From contig OZ243956.1 in NCBI GenBank assembly GCA_965214405.1, forward strand, positions 1,600,001-1,664,000: a stretch of DNA of 64,000 nucleotides, written 5' to 3'. Position 1 is the first letter of the stretch; each line of letters begins with the position of its first letter. The position numbers and the translations under genes were made by a program. The notes beneath the pieces were generated by a model. The model saw only the letters and a program-made list of their open reading frames with translations. It ran no database searches and was not told where the DNA came from. The DNA comes from Trueperaceae bacterium. GTDB lineage: Bacteria > Deinococcota > Deinococci > Deinococcales > Trueperaceae. Below are positions 46,957 to 56,487 of the stretch, piece by piece.

Positions 46957-47745
46957 CTATTCCTCTAAAAACATCCCCACTGCGTGAAAACCCGCGTCTA
47001 CGTAAATCGTCTCCCCGGTGATACCGCTGCCGAGTTCGTCCGCGACGAGCGTCAGGGCAAGGCCCGCCACCTCTTCTTGAGTGATGTTGCGCTTGAGCAT
47101 CGACAGCGCGCCGCCGCGGCTATACATCTCGCTAAAGCCGGAAATGCTCCGCGCGGCAATCGTCCTTAAGGGTCCCGCGCTAATCGCGTTCACGCGCACG
47201 CCCTGGGGTCCTAAGTCGTAGGCGAGAAAACGCACGCTGGCCTCCAAGGCCGCCTTGGCGACGCCCATCATGTTGTAGTGGGGCACGACGCGCTCTGCCG
47301 CGAGATACGACAGCGTGAGGATGGAGCCGCCGTTCGTCATAAGCGGCTGCGCCCGTTGCGCTACCGCCACGAGCGAATAGGCGGACACGTCCATCGCGGT
47401 GCGCCAGTCCTCGCGCGAGACCCTGTAAAAAGGATTCTCAAAGGTCGCGGGGGGCGCAAAAGCCAGCGCGTGAACGACGAAGTCGAGCGTCCCGAACTGC
47501 GCCTTAACTTCCTCAAAAAGCGCGTCCAGCTCCTCGTCGTTGGTTACGTCGCAGGGGAAGAGCACGGGCTCGCTGAGGTCTTTGGTAAGCTTCTCGAGCG
47601 TACTCTCAAGCCGCTCCCCCTGATAGGAAAACGCCAGCCGCGCCCCCGCCTGCGCGACAGGCCCCGCGATGGCCCAGGCTATCGAGCGCGCGTTGGACAC
47701 GCCTAAGATGAGACCCTTTTTGCCTTCGAGGTTGATGCTGTACAT
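46957..47745 (-). CDS. fabI: Enoyl-ACP reductase
   Basis: GVSNARSIAW, SAYSL, YNMMGVAKAALEAS, RVNAISAGP. Confidence 0.96.
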   Translation of the reverse strand: MYSINLEGKKGLILGVSNARSIAWAIAGPVAQAGARLAFSYQGERLESTLEKLTKDLSEPVLFPCDVTNDEELDALFEEVKAQFGTLDFVVHALAFAPPATFENPFYRVSREDWRTAMDVSAYSLVAVAQRAQPLMTNGGSILTLSYLAAERVVPHYNMMGVAKAALEASVRFLAYDLGPQGVRVNAISAGPLRTIAARSISGFSEMYSRGGALSMLKRNITQEEVAGLALTLVADELGSGITGETIYVDAGFHAVGMFLEE

Positions 47746-48110
47746 AAGTAGTCCCCTTTGCGGCTCGAGCATAACACCTCACCGGGGACAAAAGAAGCGT
47801 GAGCAAGCGTGGGCAAAGGAGGTGGGGCGGTGGGGAGAAACATTTAGCAGGTATCATCTGGTTTGAGACACACTCACCTTCCAAAGTGCCTTCTGTCACA
47901 CATTTACGGTGATGATATCTGCGCTCGTTTGTCTCAATATGTGGAACTGCTAATCCAGAGCCTTTATTCCCTATCTTTCCTACCTCTTCATCTCTCGCCT
48001 CTCCCTCACCTCAAACCGTACCCTACAACCGTGGCCTATTTCACACCCAAACCCAGACGTGCCCTTCTTCGCACCGCTGTGACCTATGAGTGACGTTAGT
48101 ATAAGAACGT

Positions 48111-48599
48111 ATGCGACTCCTTCTCCTCTACGCGCTGCTGCTCGCGCTTCAGGGCTTTTTGGGGGGGCTCATGGCCCCCTTGAGCACGCCGGACTTGTTT
48201 TTGCTGGGCGTGCTCACGCTGCTGTGGCGCGTGAGCGCGCCGCAACTCGTGGTGCTGGGCTACGGGGTTGGGCTGTTACAAGACCTTCTCGGCTACGGGG
48301 CGCTCGGGGTTCACGCGCTGGGGCTTGCGGGCGGGGTGCTTTTGGCGACGCTGGTACGTTCGCAGGTGAGCCAGGCGGGGGTGTGGGAGCGCCTGTTCGT
48401 GCTCGTCGCGGCGCTCCTCGGCAAGTGGCTCGTGTTGACGGCGCTCCTCTTTTGGATGGGCGGCGCGGCGCCTTTTGAGGAGGTTTTGCGGGTTGCACCC
48501 TTAGAAGCGGCCTTCACCATTCTTTTGGGCCTATGGCTCTTGCCCTTTGCGGACCTCCTGAGAACGCGCGGGACGAACTTGCGTAGGGAATTCCGGTGA
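48111..48599 (+). CDS. mreD: Rod shape-determining protein MreD
   Basis: PDLFLL, GLLQDLL..G.LGVHAL; multi-TM; overlaps the PBP2 start. Confidence 0.85.
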   Translation: MRLLLLYALLLALQGFLGGLMAPLSTPDLFLLGVLTLLWRVSAPQLVVLGYGVGLLQDLLGYGALGVHALGLAGGVLLATLVRSQVSQAGVWERLFVLVAALLGKWLVLTALLFWMGGAAPFEEVLRVAPLEAAFTILLGLWLLPFADLLRTRGTNLRREFR

Positions 48600-50383
48600 A
48601 AATTCGGCTGCGGCTGCTTTTGGGGACGCTTTTGGCCTTGCTGGCGGTCTTTACGGGCCGCCTCGCCGTGTTGCAGTTTGCCCAGGTCGAGCTGTACCGA
48701 ACGTTAAGCGAGGAGAACGTGCTCGAGCCCCGCCACCTTACCCCGCCGCGGGGCCGCATCTTGGCTCGAGACGGCACCGTCTTGGCGGACAACCGCGTCG
48801 CCGTGGACCTGATGTATTGGGGTGGCGAGGTGGCGAACTGGGGCCGCCTCTCTTATATGTTGGGTCTCAGCGGGCCGCCGCGCGCGCCCGACCCCAACAA
48901 CGTCGACGAGTCTCGGAACGGCGCGGTGGCCGCCTGGAGCATCCCCGACGCGCTCCTGCCCGCCGTCGAGGAGCTTGTGGCGGGGCAGCCCAACTTATCG
49001 CTGCGTTCCCGCGTCGAACGCACCTACCCCACGGGCTTGGCCGCGCACGTCGTGGGCTACACGACCGAGGCCGACCCGGAGCGCTTTCCGGGCTACCAAC
49101 TGGGCGATCTGGTGGGACAAATGGGCATCGAGGCCGCCGACCAGGAGGCGCTTTTCGGCACACCCGGTATTGAATTAGCTCAAGTCGACAACCGCCACCG
49201 CACCATAAGCACCCGCGAAATGCTAGCACCGCAAGCGGGCGAGGACATCGTGCTGACCATCGACCCGCAGGCGCAGGCGACGGCGGAGCGCGTGCTGAGC
49301 GGGGCGCTCCTTTACGTCAACGACTATCGCAAATCCAAGGGCCTCCCCGAGGAGACGACGCTGCGGGGTGGGCTCATCGCGATGGACCCGCGCACGGGCG
49401 AGATTCTGGCGCTGGCGAGCGCGCCGTCATTCGACCCCAACGTGTTTACAGAGCGCCCGAGTTCGCCGAGCGAGATTAGCGCGCTTTTTAATGATTCCAA
49501 CTTTCCGCTCTACAACCGCGCGGTGAGCGCCTTTCCGCCCGCTTCGACCTTTAAGCTCATCTCGAGTTCAGCCTTGCTCGAGGGCGGGTTTATCACCCCC
49601 GAGACGCGCTACGAGTGTTCGGGCGGCTTTTCCTTTGGCGGGCGCGTCTGGCATAACTGGACCGAACTCTACCGAGGCAACTACACCATCAGAGAGGCCA
49701 TCGCTGACTCGTGTAACACCTTTTATTGGCGCGCCACCGCGGCCACGCCGAACCTCAGGGAGGGCTGGGGCGACTTCGCCAAGAGTTTGTCGGCGCGGGC
49801 GCTCGAGCTTGGCTACGGCGCGCCGCTGGGGGTCGGCTTGAACGAAGAGCAGGCGGGCCGCGTGCCCGACGACGCCTGGGTGCGCGAGACGTTCGGGCAC
49901 CCCTGGTATCCCGGCTTCTCGCTCAACATGGCCATTGGTCAAGGAGATGTGCTCGCCACGCCCGTGCAGGTCTCGAGCCTCGCCGAGACGATTGCGATGA
50001 AAGGGCGGCAGGCGCAGCCTCACCTGGTCAAAAAAGTCGGCGACACGCCCGCCGTCACGCCCGTCCGGGAGGTGCCGGGGGAGTTTTGGGATACGATTGA
50101 AAGCGCTATGAGACTTATGATTACAGACTACGGCGGGCGGCACACCCTGGCCCCCAACCGCTTCCCGATTCCCGTGGCGGGCAAAACGGGCACCGCCCAA
50201 AATCCGAACGGCGTCGACCACGCCTGGTTCACGGGCTACGGCCCCGTGGGCGACCCCAACTTGGTCGTCACGGTGTTTATCCAGCACGGCGGCGGCAGCA
50301 CGGCGGTCGCCACCCCCATCGCCCGCGACTTTATGGCGGCCTATTGGGGCGTGGACACGCAGGCCGAAGCGCCAACCCCGTGA
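48596..50383 (+). CDS. mrdA: Penicillin-binding protein 2
   Basis: PRGRILARDG, MDPRTGEILALAS, STFK, SCN, KTGT. Confidence 0.92.
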   Translation: MKIRLRLLLGTLLALLAVFTGRLAVLQFAQVELYRTLSEENVLEPRHLTPPRGRILARDGTVLADNRVAVDLMYWGGEVANWGRLSYMLGLSGPPRAPDPNNVDESRNGAVAAWSIPDALLPAVEELVAGQPNLSLRSRVERTYPTGLAAHVVGYTTEADPERFPGYQLGDLVGQMGIEAADQEALFGTPGIELAQVDNRHRTISTREMLAPQAGEDIVLTIDPQAQATAERVLSGALLYVNDYRKSKGLPEETTLRGGLIAMDPRTGEILALASAPSFDPNVFTERPSSPSEISALFNDSNFPLYNRAVSAFPPASTFKLISSSALLEGGFITPETRYECSGGFSFGGRVWHNWTELYRGNYTIREAIADSCNTFYWRATAATPNLREGWGDFAKSLSARALELGYGAPLGVGLNEEQAGRVPDDAWVRETFGHPWYPGFSLNMAIGQGDVLATPVQVSSLAETIAMKGRQAQPHLVKKVGDTPAVTPVREVPGEFWDTIESAMRLMITDYGGRHTLAPNRFPIPVAGKTGTAQNPNGVDHAWFTGYGPVGDPNLVVTVFIQHGGGSTAVATPIARDFMAAYWGVDTQAEAPTP

Positions 50384-50979
50384 GGGCGCGCGGCACGCGG
50401 GGCGGCGTCGTGCTGAGCTTGGACCCCACCGATACTGCAAGTTCGGTTGACAAGGGCGTGACGGACTACGCGGACCTGCTCAAGGGGCGGGTGTTTTTGG
50501 AGGTTCAAGGACACGTTCCTTGGGAGACGATTCAAGCGGCGAACGAGGGGGTCAAGCGGGTTGGCGGCGCGGTCGCCGACGTGCGCCCACCTAGCCCAGC
50601 GACGACCAAAACGCCCCACCCCCCTCTTCAAGCATCCCAAGCCGAACCAAAAGGAGAAACCGTCATCGTGCCGCGGACCGTCCGGGGCGGTGGCAGGATA
50701 GAGTCGTCGGCTTCAGTCGTCATCATCGGCGACGTGAACGCGGGGGCCGAGGTTGTTGCTGAGGACGACATCATCGTATTGGGCACCTTACGCGGTCTCG
50801 CGCACGCGGGCTCGAGCGGCAACGACAAGGCATTTATCTGGGCGCAGCACATCCTCTCGCCGCAACTCCGCATCGGCAACGCACTCGCTCAAGCGGGCGA
50901 CGGCGCGCCGAGCGCCAACGGCCCCGAGATGGCGCAGCTTGTCAACGGGCAGATTGTGTTGAGACCCTGGGAGCATTAG
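50380..50979 (+). CDS. minC: Septum site-determining protein MinC
   Basis: TVRGG, GDVNAGAEV, GTLRGLAHAG, QLRIG; GTGA overlap with the mrdA stop. Confidence 0.9.
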   Translation: MRARGTRGGVVLSLDPTDTASSVDKGVTDYADLLKGRVFLEVQGHVPWETIQAANEGVKRVGGAVADVRPPSPATTKTPHPPLQASQAEPKGETVIVPRTVRGGGRIESSASVVIIGDVNAGAEVVAEDDIIVLGTLRGLAHAGSSGNDKAFIWAQHILSPQLRIGNALAQAGDGAPSANGPEMAQLVNGQIVLRPWEH

Positions 50980-51021
50980 ACGTTTCAGTCAGCACTAAAG
51001 GATAGTGCGCCACGGGTAACG

Positions 51022-51045
51022 AACAAGGGGTTGCAACCCCTTGTT
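51022..51045. repeat. Perfect 24-bp palindrome (REP-like)
   Basis: AACAAGGGGTTG|CAACCCCTTGTT. Confidence 0.85.
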
Positions 51046-51149
51046 GCATCTCTTGTCATTTAGCTCTCCCCTCCCTCACACAAACAAAAACCTTTGACGG
51101 AGTACAATAGAGCATCTCAAGCCGTGCAGGTCTAAAAAGCCTGGAAAGG

Positions 51150-52760
51150 ATGCTTATGTTGAACTCCGGTATGTTGAATCTCGGCCAGTTTGTCCGCGAG
51201 CACGCCGCCCACGCGCCCGAGCGCGTCGCCATGCGGATGGGTGAGGCGAGTTTTTCTTACGCGCAGCTCGAGGCCATGTCCAACCAAGTCGCCAACTACC
51301 TCGTCTCGCTGGGGGTCCAAAAAGGTGACAAGGTGGCGCTTTCGTGCCCCAACCTCCCGTACTTTCCTGTCGTGTATTACGGGATTCTCAAGGCGGGCGG
51401 GGTGGTAGTACCGCTCAACGTGCTCCTCAAGGGGAGAGAAATCGCCTATCACCTGCAAGATTCGGACGCCAAGGTTTATTTTGTCTTCGAGGGCACGAGT
51501 GAACTGCCGATGGCGGAACTCGGCAAAAAGGGCTTTGACGAGGCGGACGCGTGCGAGCATCTTGTCGTGATGACCGCCGACCCTGCCGACGCCGGGCCGA
51601 TCAACGGGGCGATGACGCTGGGGCAGATTTTGTCCCAGCAACCCGAAGAGTTTGACCTCGTCATGACCGGCCCCACCGACACCGCCGTCATCCTCTACAC
51701 CTCGGGCACGACGGGCAGGCCCAAGGGGGCGGAGCTGAGCCACTTCAATATGGTCATGAACGCGGTGGTCTCGAGCCGTCTCACCCAAGACGTGACGATG
51801 AGGCCCGAAGACGGCGTGTTCATGATGGTGCTGCCCCTCTTTCACTCCTTTGGTCAAACCTGCGGGATGAACGCGACCTTTTACGCGGGCGGGCAGATCA
51901 CCCTGCTGCCCCGCTTCGAGCCCAAGGCGGCGCTAGAAACGATGCGCAACCACGGCGTCACCTACTTCGCGGGCGTGCCGACGATGTACTGGGCGCTGCT
52001 TAATGAGGTTGGGAAGATAGATGATGAAGATTTGAAGACCATCCGGGATACGCTGCGAATCTGCTCCTCCGGCGGCTCCGCCATGCCCGTCGAACTCCTC
52101 AAAAACTTTGAAAAGACGTTTCAGGTGCCCATTTTAGAGGGCTACGGCCTTTCCGAGACCGCGCCCGTCGCCTCGTTTAATCACCAGGGCCGCGAGCGCA
52201 AGGTGGGCAGCATCGGCCAGGCTATCTGGGGCGTCGAGATGAAAGTGGTAGACGCTGAGGATAACGCGGTACCCGCGGGCGAAACGGGCGAAATCGTCAT
52301 CCGCGGCCACAACGTGATGAAGGGCTACTACAAGCGCCCCGACGCCACCGAAGAGGTCATGCGCGGCGGCTGGTTTCACTCGGGCGACGTGGGCACCAAG
52401 GACGACGAGGGTTACTTCACCATCGTCGACCGCGTCAAGGACATGATTCTGCGCGGCGGTTTCAACGTCTACCCGCGCGAGGTCGAGGAGGTCCTGATGA
52501 CCCACCCGGCGGTGTCGTTGGCGGCGGTCGTGGGCGTGCCGAGTGAAGAATACGGCGAAGAAATCTGGGCCTACGTTGTGCTCAAAGAGGGTGAAAAAGC
52601 CAGACCTGAGGAGATTGTCGCCTGGAGTAAAGAGGAGATGGCGGCGTACAAGTACCCGCGCCGGGTCGAGGTGCGCGAGAGCCTGCCGATGAACGCGACG
52701 GGGAAGATTTTGCGGCGGGAGTTGCGAGCAGAAGCGGGTGAGGGCGTGGCGGCGGATTAG
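51150..52760 (+). CDS. Long-chain fatty acid-CoA ligase
   Basis: YTSGTTGRPKG, EGYGLSET, GWFHSGD, DRVKDMI, TGKILRR. Confidence 0.93.
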   Translation: MLMLNSGMLNLGQFVREHAAHAPERVAMRMGEASFSYAQLEAMSNQVANYLVSLGVQKGDKVALSCPNLPYFPVVYYGILKAGGVVVPLNVLLKGREIAYHLQDSDAKVYFVFEGTSELPMAELGKKGFDEADACEHLVVMTADPADAGPINGAMTLGQILSQQPEEFDLVMTGPTDTAVILYTSGTTGRPKGAELSHFNMVMNAVVSSRLTQDVTMRPEDGVFMMVLPLFHSFGQTCGMNATFYAGGQITLLPRFEPKAALETMRNHGVTYFAGVPTMYWALLNEVGKIDDEDLKTIRDTLRICSSGGSAMPVELLKNFEKTFQVPILEGYGLSETAPVASFNHQGRERKVGSIGQAIWGVEMKVVDAEDNAVPAGETGEIVIRGHNVMKGYYKRPDATEEVMRGGWFHSGDVGTKDDEGYFTIVDRVKDMILRGGFNVYPREVEEVLMTHPAVSLAAVVGVPSEEYGEEIWAYVVLKEGEKARPEEIVAWSKEEMAAYKYPRRVEVRESLPMNATGKILRRELRAEAGEGVAAD

Positions 52761-52856
52761 AATGAATGGCAGAGAACATCTTCATCTGCCTATTGGTGGC
52801 GTACCAGGTTTACAAGTTCATGACGTTAATCCGAAAGAGTAGATGACGATACATCT

Positions 52857-53336
52857 ATGGGTCCTATAAAGGCAGAAATAGTGAAGGCCGCAGCTAAAGC
52901 GAACGCAGTGACTACTGAGCTAAATGCAGAAGAGTTTGCGGCCTTGAAGAAAAGCATAGAAGAAAAATACGTAGACAGAGCAGTCTACTCTAGGATAAAA
53001 AGGTTTCCTCTGATGTGGAAGGCATTTTCAGAGCCTTTGATTGCCATAAGAAGTCCCCTCGCGTGGACGTGGGTAGATGATTTTGTAAAAGGTAAAGAGA
53101 ATGTTTTACTACTAATTGATGACGTAAAGGAGAGAGCGGCATTCAAGTTTGACAGTGGTCGAGACATCTTCCCAGTACTCGAGGACTGCTTTGGCTTTGA
53201 GTTCTATTTAACAAACGAAGCGACAAATTTTCTGCTGTGCAGTCAACGTGATGATTATCTTGTAGCTTTGGGCGACGCTACTGAGTGGCTGAAAGCCTAT
53301 TTGATTTCGAAAAAGCTTTCACCAACTATCTTTTAG
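52857..53336 (+). CDS. AT-rich hypothetical protein (DUF6756-like / immunity-like)
   Basis: 159 aa; FEFYLTN...FLLC...DYLVALG.A..WL; lower GC than flanks. Confidence 0.65.
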   Translation: MGPIKAEIVKAAAKANAVTTELNAEEFAALKKSIEEKYVDRAVYSRIKRFPLMWKAFSEPLIAIRSPLAWTWVDDFVKGKENVLLLIDDVKERAAFKFDSGRDIFPVLEDCFGFEFYLTNEATNFLLCSQRDDYLVALGDATEWLKAYLISKKLSPTIF

Positions 53337-53401
53337 CAGTTCAGAACGACTTAACGAAACCTATTCGAGATTTATACTCGGTTCAAGAAAAGGAGCCAAC
53401 C

Positions 53402-54574
53402 ATGACCGAAGCCGTTATCGTCACCGCCGTCCGCACTCCCGTCGCGCGGGCGCACAAGGGAAAACTCAAAGACACGCGCCCGGATGATTTAGCGGGGTTC
53501 ATCATCAAAGAGGCCCTGAAGTGTACGCCGGGACTCGAGAAGTCGCGCATCGACGACGTGATTTTGGGCAACGCGCACCCCGAGGGTGAGGCGGGCTATA
53601 ACTTGGCGCGCATCGCGGTGGCGACGGCTGACTTGCAAGACACGACCGCCGGGGTGACCGTCAACCGCTTTTGCGCCTCGGGTTTGCAGACCCTCGTGCA
53701 GGGCTCGCACTCGGTCACGATGGGCATGACCGAGGTCGTCTTGGCGGGCGGCGCGGACTGCTCGAGCCGCGTGCCGATGGGCGGGCACACGATGTCGATC
53801 AACCGCGCTCTCTACAAGCGCTACCCGCAGGCGTATCACACGATGGGCCAGACCGCGGAGGCGGTGGCGCGCAAGTTTGGTATTTCCCGTGAGGAGCAAG
53901 ACGCCTTTGCGCTCAAGTCGCATGAGAAGGCGGTGGCCGCGTGGGAGGCGGGGAAGTTTGAAAACCACGTGATTCCGGTGCCGACGCGGGTCAAGGATGA
54001 AGAAGATAATTGGCACGAGGTGGTGTTGGACCGCGACGAAGGGCCGCGCGCCGACACGAACCTTGACAAGCTCGCCTCGCTCAGGACGGTGTTCGCGGAG
54101 GACGAGGCGGCGACGGTCACGGCGGGGAACTCTAGCCCCCTGAACGACGGCGCGGCTTTGAGCGTCATCATGGGGATGGAGGAGGCGCGGGCGTTGGGCT
54201 TAAAGCCGCTGGCTAAGCTCGAGCAGGCCGCCGTCGCGGGCGTGCCGCCCGAAATTATGGGCGTCGGTCCCGTTCCCGCCATCCGCAAGCTTCTCAAAAA
54301 AATGGGCATGACGATTGATGACATCGACCTCATCGAAATCAACGAGGCCTTTGCGAGCCAGGTCTATTACTGCCAGCAAGAACTCGGCATCCCGGACGAA
54401 AAGTTTAATGTGAACGGCGGGGCCATCGCCATTGGGCACCCCTTAGGCGCGACGGGCGCGCGCATCGCCGCGGACCTTTTTGCCGAGATGGCGCGGCGCG
54501 ACGCGGAGTGGGGTTTGGTCTCGATGTGCGTGGGCGGCGGTCAGGGGATGGCGGGACTGTTCCGGCGGATTTAG
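53402..54574 (+). CDS. Acetyl-CoA C-acyltransferase (thiolase)
   Basis: AVRTP, NRFCASG, NEAFA, GHPLGATG, CVGGGQG; AAGGAG RBS. Confidence 0.95.
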   Translation: MTEAVIVTAVRTPVARAHKGKLKDTRPDDLAGFIIKEALKCTPGLEKSRIDDVILGNAHPEGEAGYNLARIAVATADLQDTTAGVTVNRFCASGLQTLVQGSHSVTMGMTEVVLAGGADCSSRVPMGGHTMSINRALYKRYPQAYHTMGQTAEAVARKFGISREEQDAFALKSHEKAVAAWEAGKFENHVIPVPTRVKDEEDNWHEVVLDRDEGPRADTNLDKLASLRTVFAEDEAATVTAGNSSPLNDGAALSVIMGMEEARALGLKPLAKLEQAAVAGVPPEIMGVGPVPAIRKLLKKMGMTIDDIDLIEINEAFASQVYYCQQELGIPDEKFNVNGGAIAIGHPLGATGARIAADLFAEMARRDAEWGLVSMCVGGGQGMAGLFRRI

Positions 54575-54575
54575 G

Positions 54576-55382
54576 GTGAGCCGTCCTTGGCGACGCTCGT
54601 TCGGTTTGACGGCGCTGGGCACGGCGACCGCGAGCGCGGGTGTGATGGTCCGCGAGGCTTACCAGACGCCCGAAGTGAGCCGCTACCGAGTGCCGTTAAA
54701 AAGACTCGCGCGTCCCTTACGCGTGGTGCAGATGAGCGACTTGCACACGGGGCTTTACATCCACGAGGAGACGCTAAAGCGCTGGGTGGCGCTCGCCAAC
54801 GCGCAGCGCCCCGACCTGGTCGTCATCACGGGTGATTTTGTGGACCGCTTCTCTCTAAACCCGCTACCAGGGTTGGGACGCGCCCTCGCCAAACTCCGCG
54901 CGCCCCTCGGTGTTTGGGGCGTGTGGGGCAACCATGATCGCTGGCGCTTTAGGGACATTGGGCCGTTGTTGAGGACGCTTCAAAGCGCAAACATTCGCAT
55001 CCTCAACAACGACGGGGTGAGGTTGCGTGATGACCTTTATCTGGCGGGGGTGGATGACGTGCTCGAGGGCTCACCCAACCTTCGAAGAGCCCTGCAAAAT
55101 CTACCAGAGAACGCCTCGAGCCTCCTCATGCTCCACAACCCCGACTTTTTACCCCACGTGCCCACGCGCGTCGGCCTCACCCTAAGCGGCCACACGCACG
55201 GCGGGCAAATCAAAGCGCCCCTTTACGGCGCGATTTTTACCTCGTCGGATTACGGGAAACGCTACGCGGAAGGCTGGGTGAAAGAGAACGCTTACGTGTC
55301 GCGCGGCCTCGGTGTGACGGTGCTGCCTTTTCGTTTGGACTGCCCGCCCGAACTCGTGGTGATGGACTTAGAGTCCGTCTAA
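54576..55382 (+). CDS. YkuE-like metallophosphoesterase
   Basis: SDLH, TGD, GNHD, HNPD, SGHTHGGQ, SRGLG, PPE. Confidence 0.9.
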   Translation: MSRPWRRSFGLTALGTATASAGVMVREAYQTPEVSRYRVPLKRLARPLRVVQMSDLHTGLYIHEETLKRWVALANAQRPDLVVITGDFVDRFSLNPLPGLGRALAKLRAPLGVWGVWGNHDRWRFRDIGPLLRTLQSANIRILNNDGVRLRDDLYLAGVDDVLEGSPNLRRALQNLPENASSLLMLHNPDFLPHVPTRVGLTLSGHTHGGQIKAPLYGAIFTSSDYGKRYAEGWVKENAYVSRGLGVTVLPFRLDCPPELVVMDLESV

Positions 55383-56356
55383 CCCCCAATCGCCACCATC
55401 GTCCGCGGCCTCTCGACGGGCGTGGTGATACCCGACTTCACCTTGCGGTGGGCGGCGATGAGGAACACTTCTTGAATCGCGGGAACGGGGTCGGGGGCGC
55501 GCAGGGCCTCGCGCATGTCGAGTTCACGGTCGGTCATGAGGCAAGGCCGCACCTTGCCGTCACTCGTCAGGCGCATCCGGCTGCACGCGCCGCAGAAGGG
55601 CTCGGACACAGGGTTGATAAAGCCGATCGCCCCTTCCCAACTCGGCACCTTGAAAAGTTTGGCGGGCGCGCTCGGGTCGGTGGTGAGGGGCTCGAGCCCG
55701 CCCACCACCTCTTCTAAGTGCGCCTTGATTTCTTTGCCAGGTACGAACGATTCAAAATACGCGTCCCGGTCGGCATTATTCAAGTGCATGTACTCGATAT
55801 AGCGCACGTGGATGGGCCGGTCGCGGGTGAGTTCGGCCAAGGGCAGGATTTCATCGTCGTTGATGCCGCGAATCACCACCGCGTTGAGCTTGACCGGCTC
55901 GAGCCCCGCCGCCATCACCGCCTCGATGCCCCGCCACACCTGGCGGATGTCGCCGCCGTTCGTCGCGCGCTTGAACGCGTCCGGGTCTACCGCGTCCAAG
56001 GAGATGTTCACCCGGTCCAGCCCCGCCGCCAGGAGGTCGGGCAGGCGGCGCTCTAAGAGACTCGCGTTGGTGGTAATCGCCACGTCGTGAACGCCCAGGC
56101 CCTTAGCGTGCGCGATCATCTCGGGAAGTTCCTTGCGCAAGAGCGGTTCGCCCCCGGTAAAGCGCACCGAGTCCATGCCCAAGCCTACGGCGGCCTCGAG
56201 CACGTTCGCCACGTCCTCAACGCTCACCGTGCCTGTTGGGTCCTTGCCGCCCGCGCCCAGGGGGTCGCAGTAGAAGCACTTGTAGTTGCAGCGCGGCGTC
56301 ACGCTGATGCGGAGGTCTCTCACGACGCGCCCGTGCTGGTCAACGAGTGATTTCAT
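55379..56356 (-). CDS. moaA: GTP 3',8-cyclase
   Basis: LRISVT..CNYKCFYC, TGGEP, FCGACSRMR, C-terminal IGG. Confidence 0.96.
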   Translation of the reverse strand: MKSLVDQHGRVVRDLRISVTPRCNYKCFYCDPLGAGGKDPTGTVSVEDVANVLEAAVGLGMDSVRFTGGEPLLRKELPEMIAHAKGLGVHDVAITTNASLLERRLPDLLAAGLDRVNISLDAVDPDAFKRATNGGDIRQVWRGIEAVMAAGLEPVKLNAVVIRGINDDEILPLAELTRDRPIHVRYIEYMHLNNADRDAYFESFVPGKEIKAHLEEVVGGLEPLTTDPSAPAKLFKVPSWEGAIGFINPVSEPFCGACSRMRLTSDGKVRPCLMTDRELDMREALRAPDPVPAIQEVFLIAAHRKVKSGITTPVERPRTMVAIGG

Positions 56357-56487
56357 ACGCTCCCTTGGCTGAAACGGCGTTGCTCATAATTTTTCTATAG
56401 TACACGCTGGGCGGGACGGCTCGTGTTACCGCGACATGACGGGAGAAGCGCCTCATAACTTCTTGGACACTGTGGCTGGTAACGTAT

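Noticed and set aside
56357..56487. Moco riboswitch upstream of moaA
   Set aside because: I could not recognise the motif or a fold in this short spacer.
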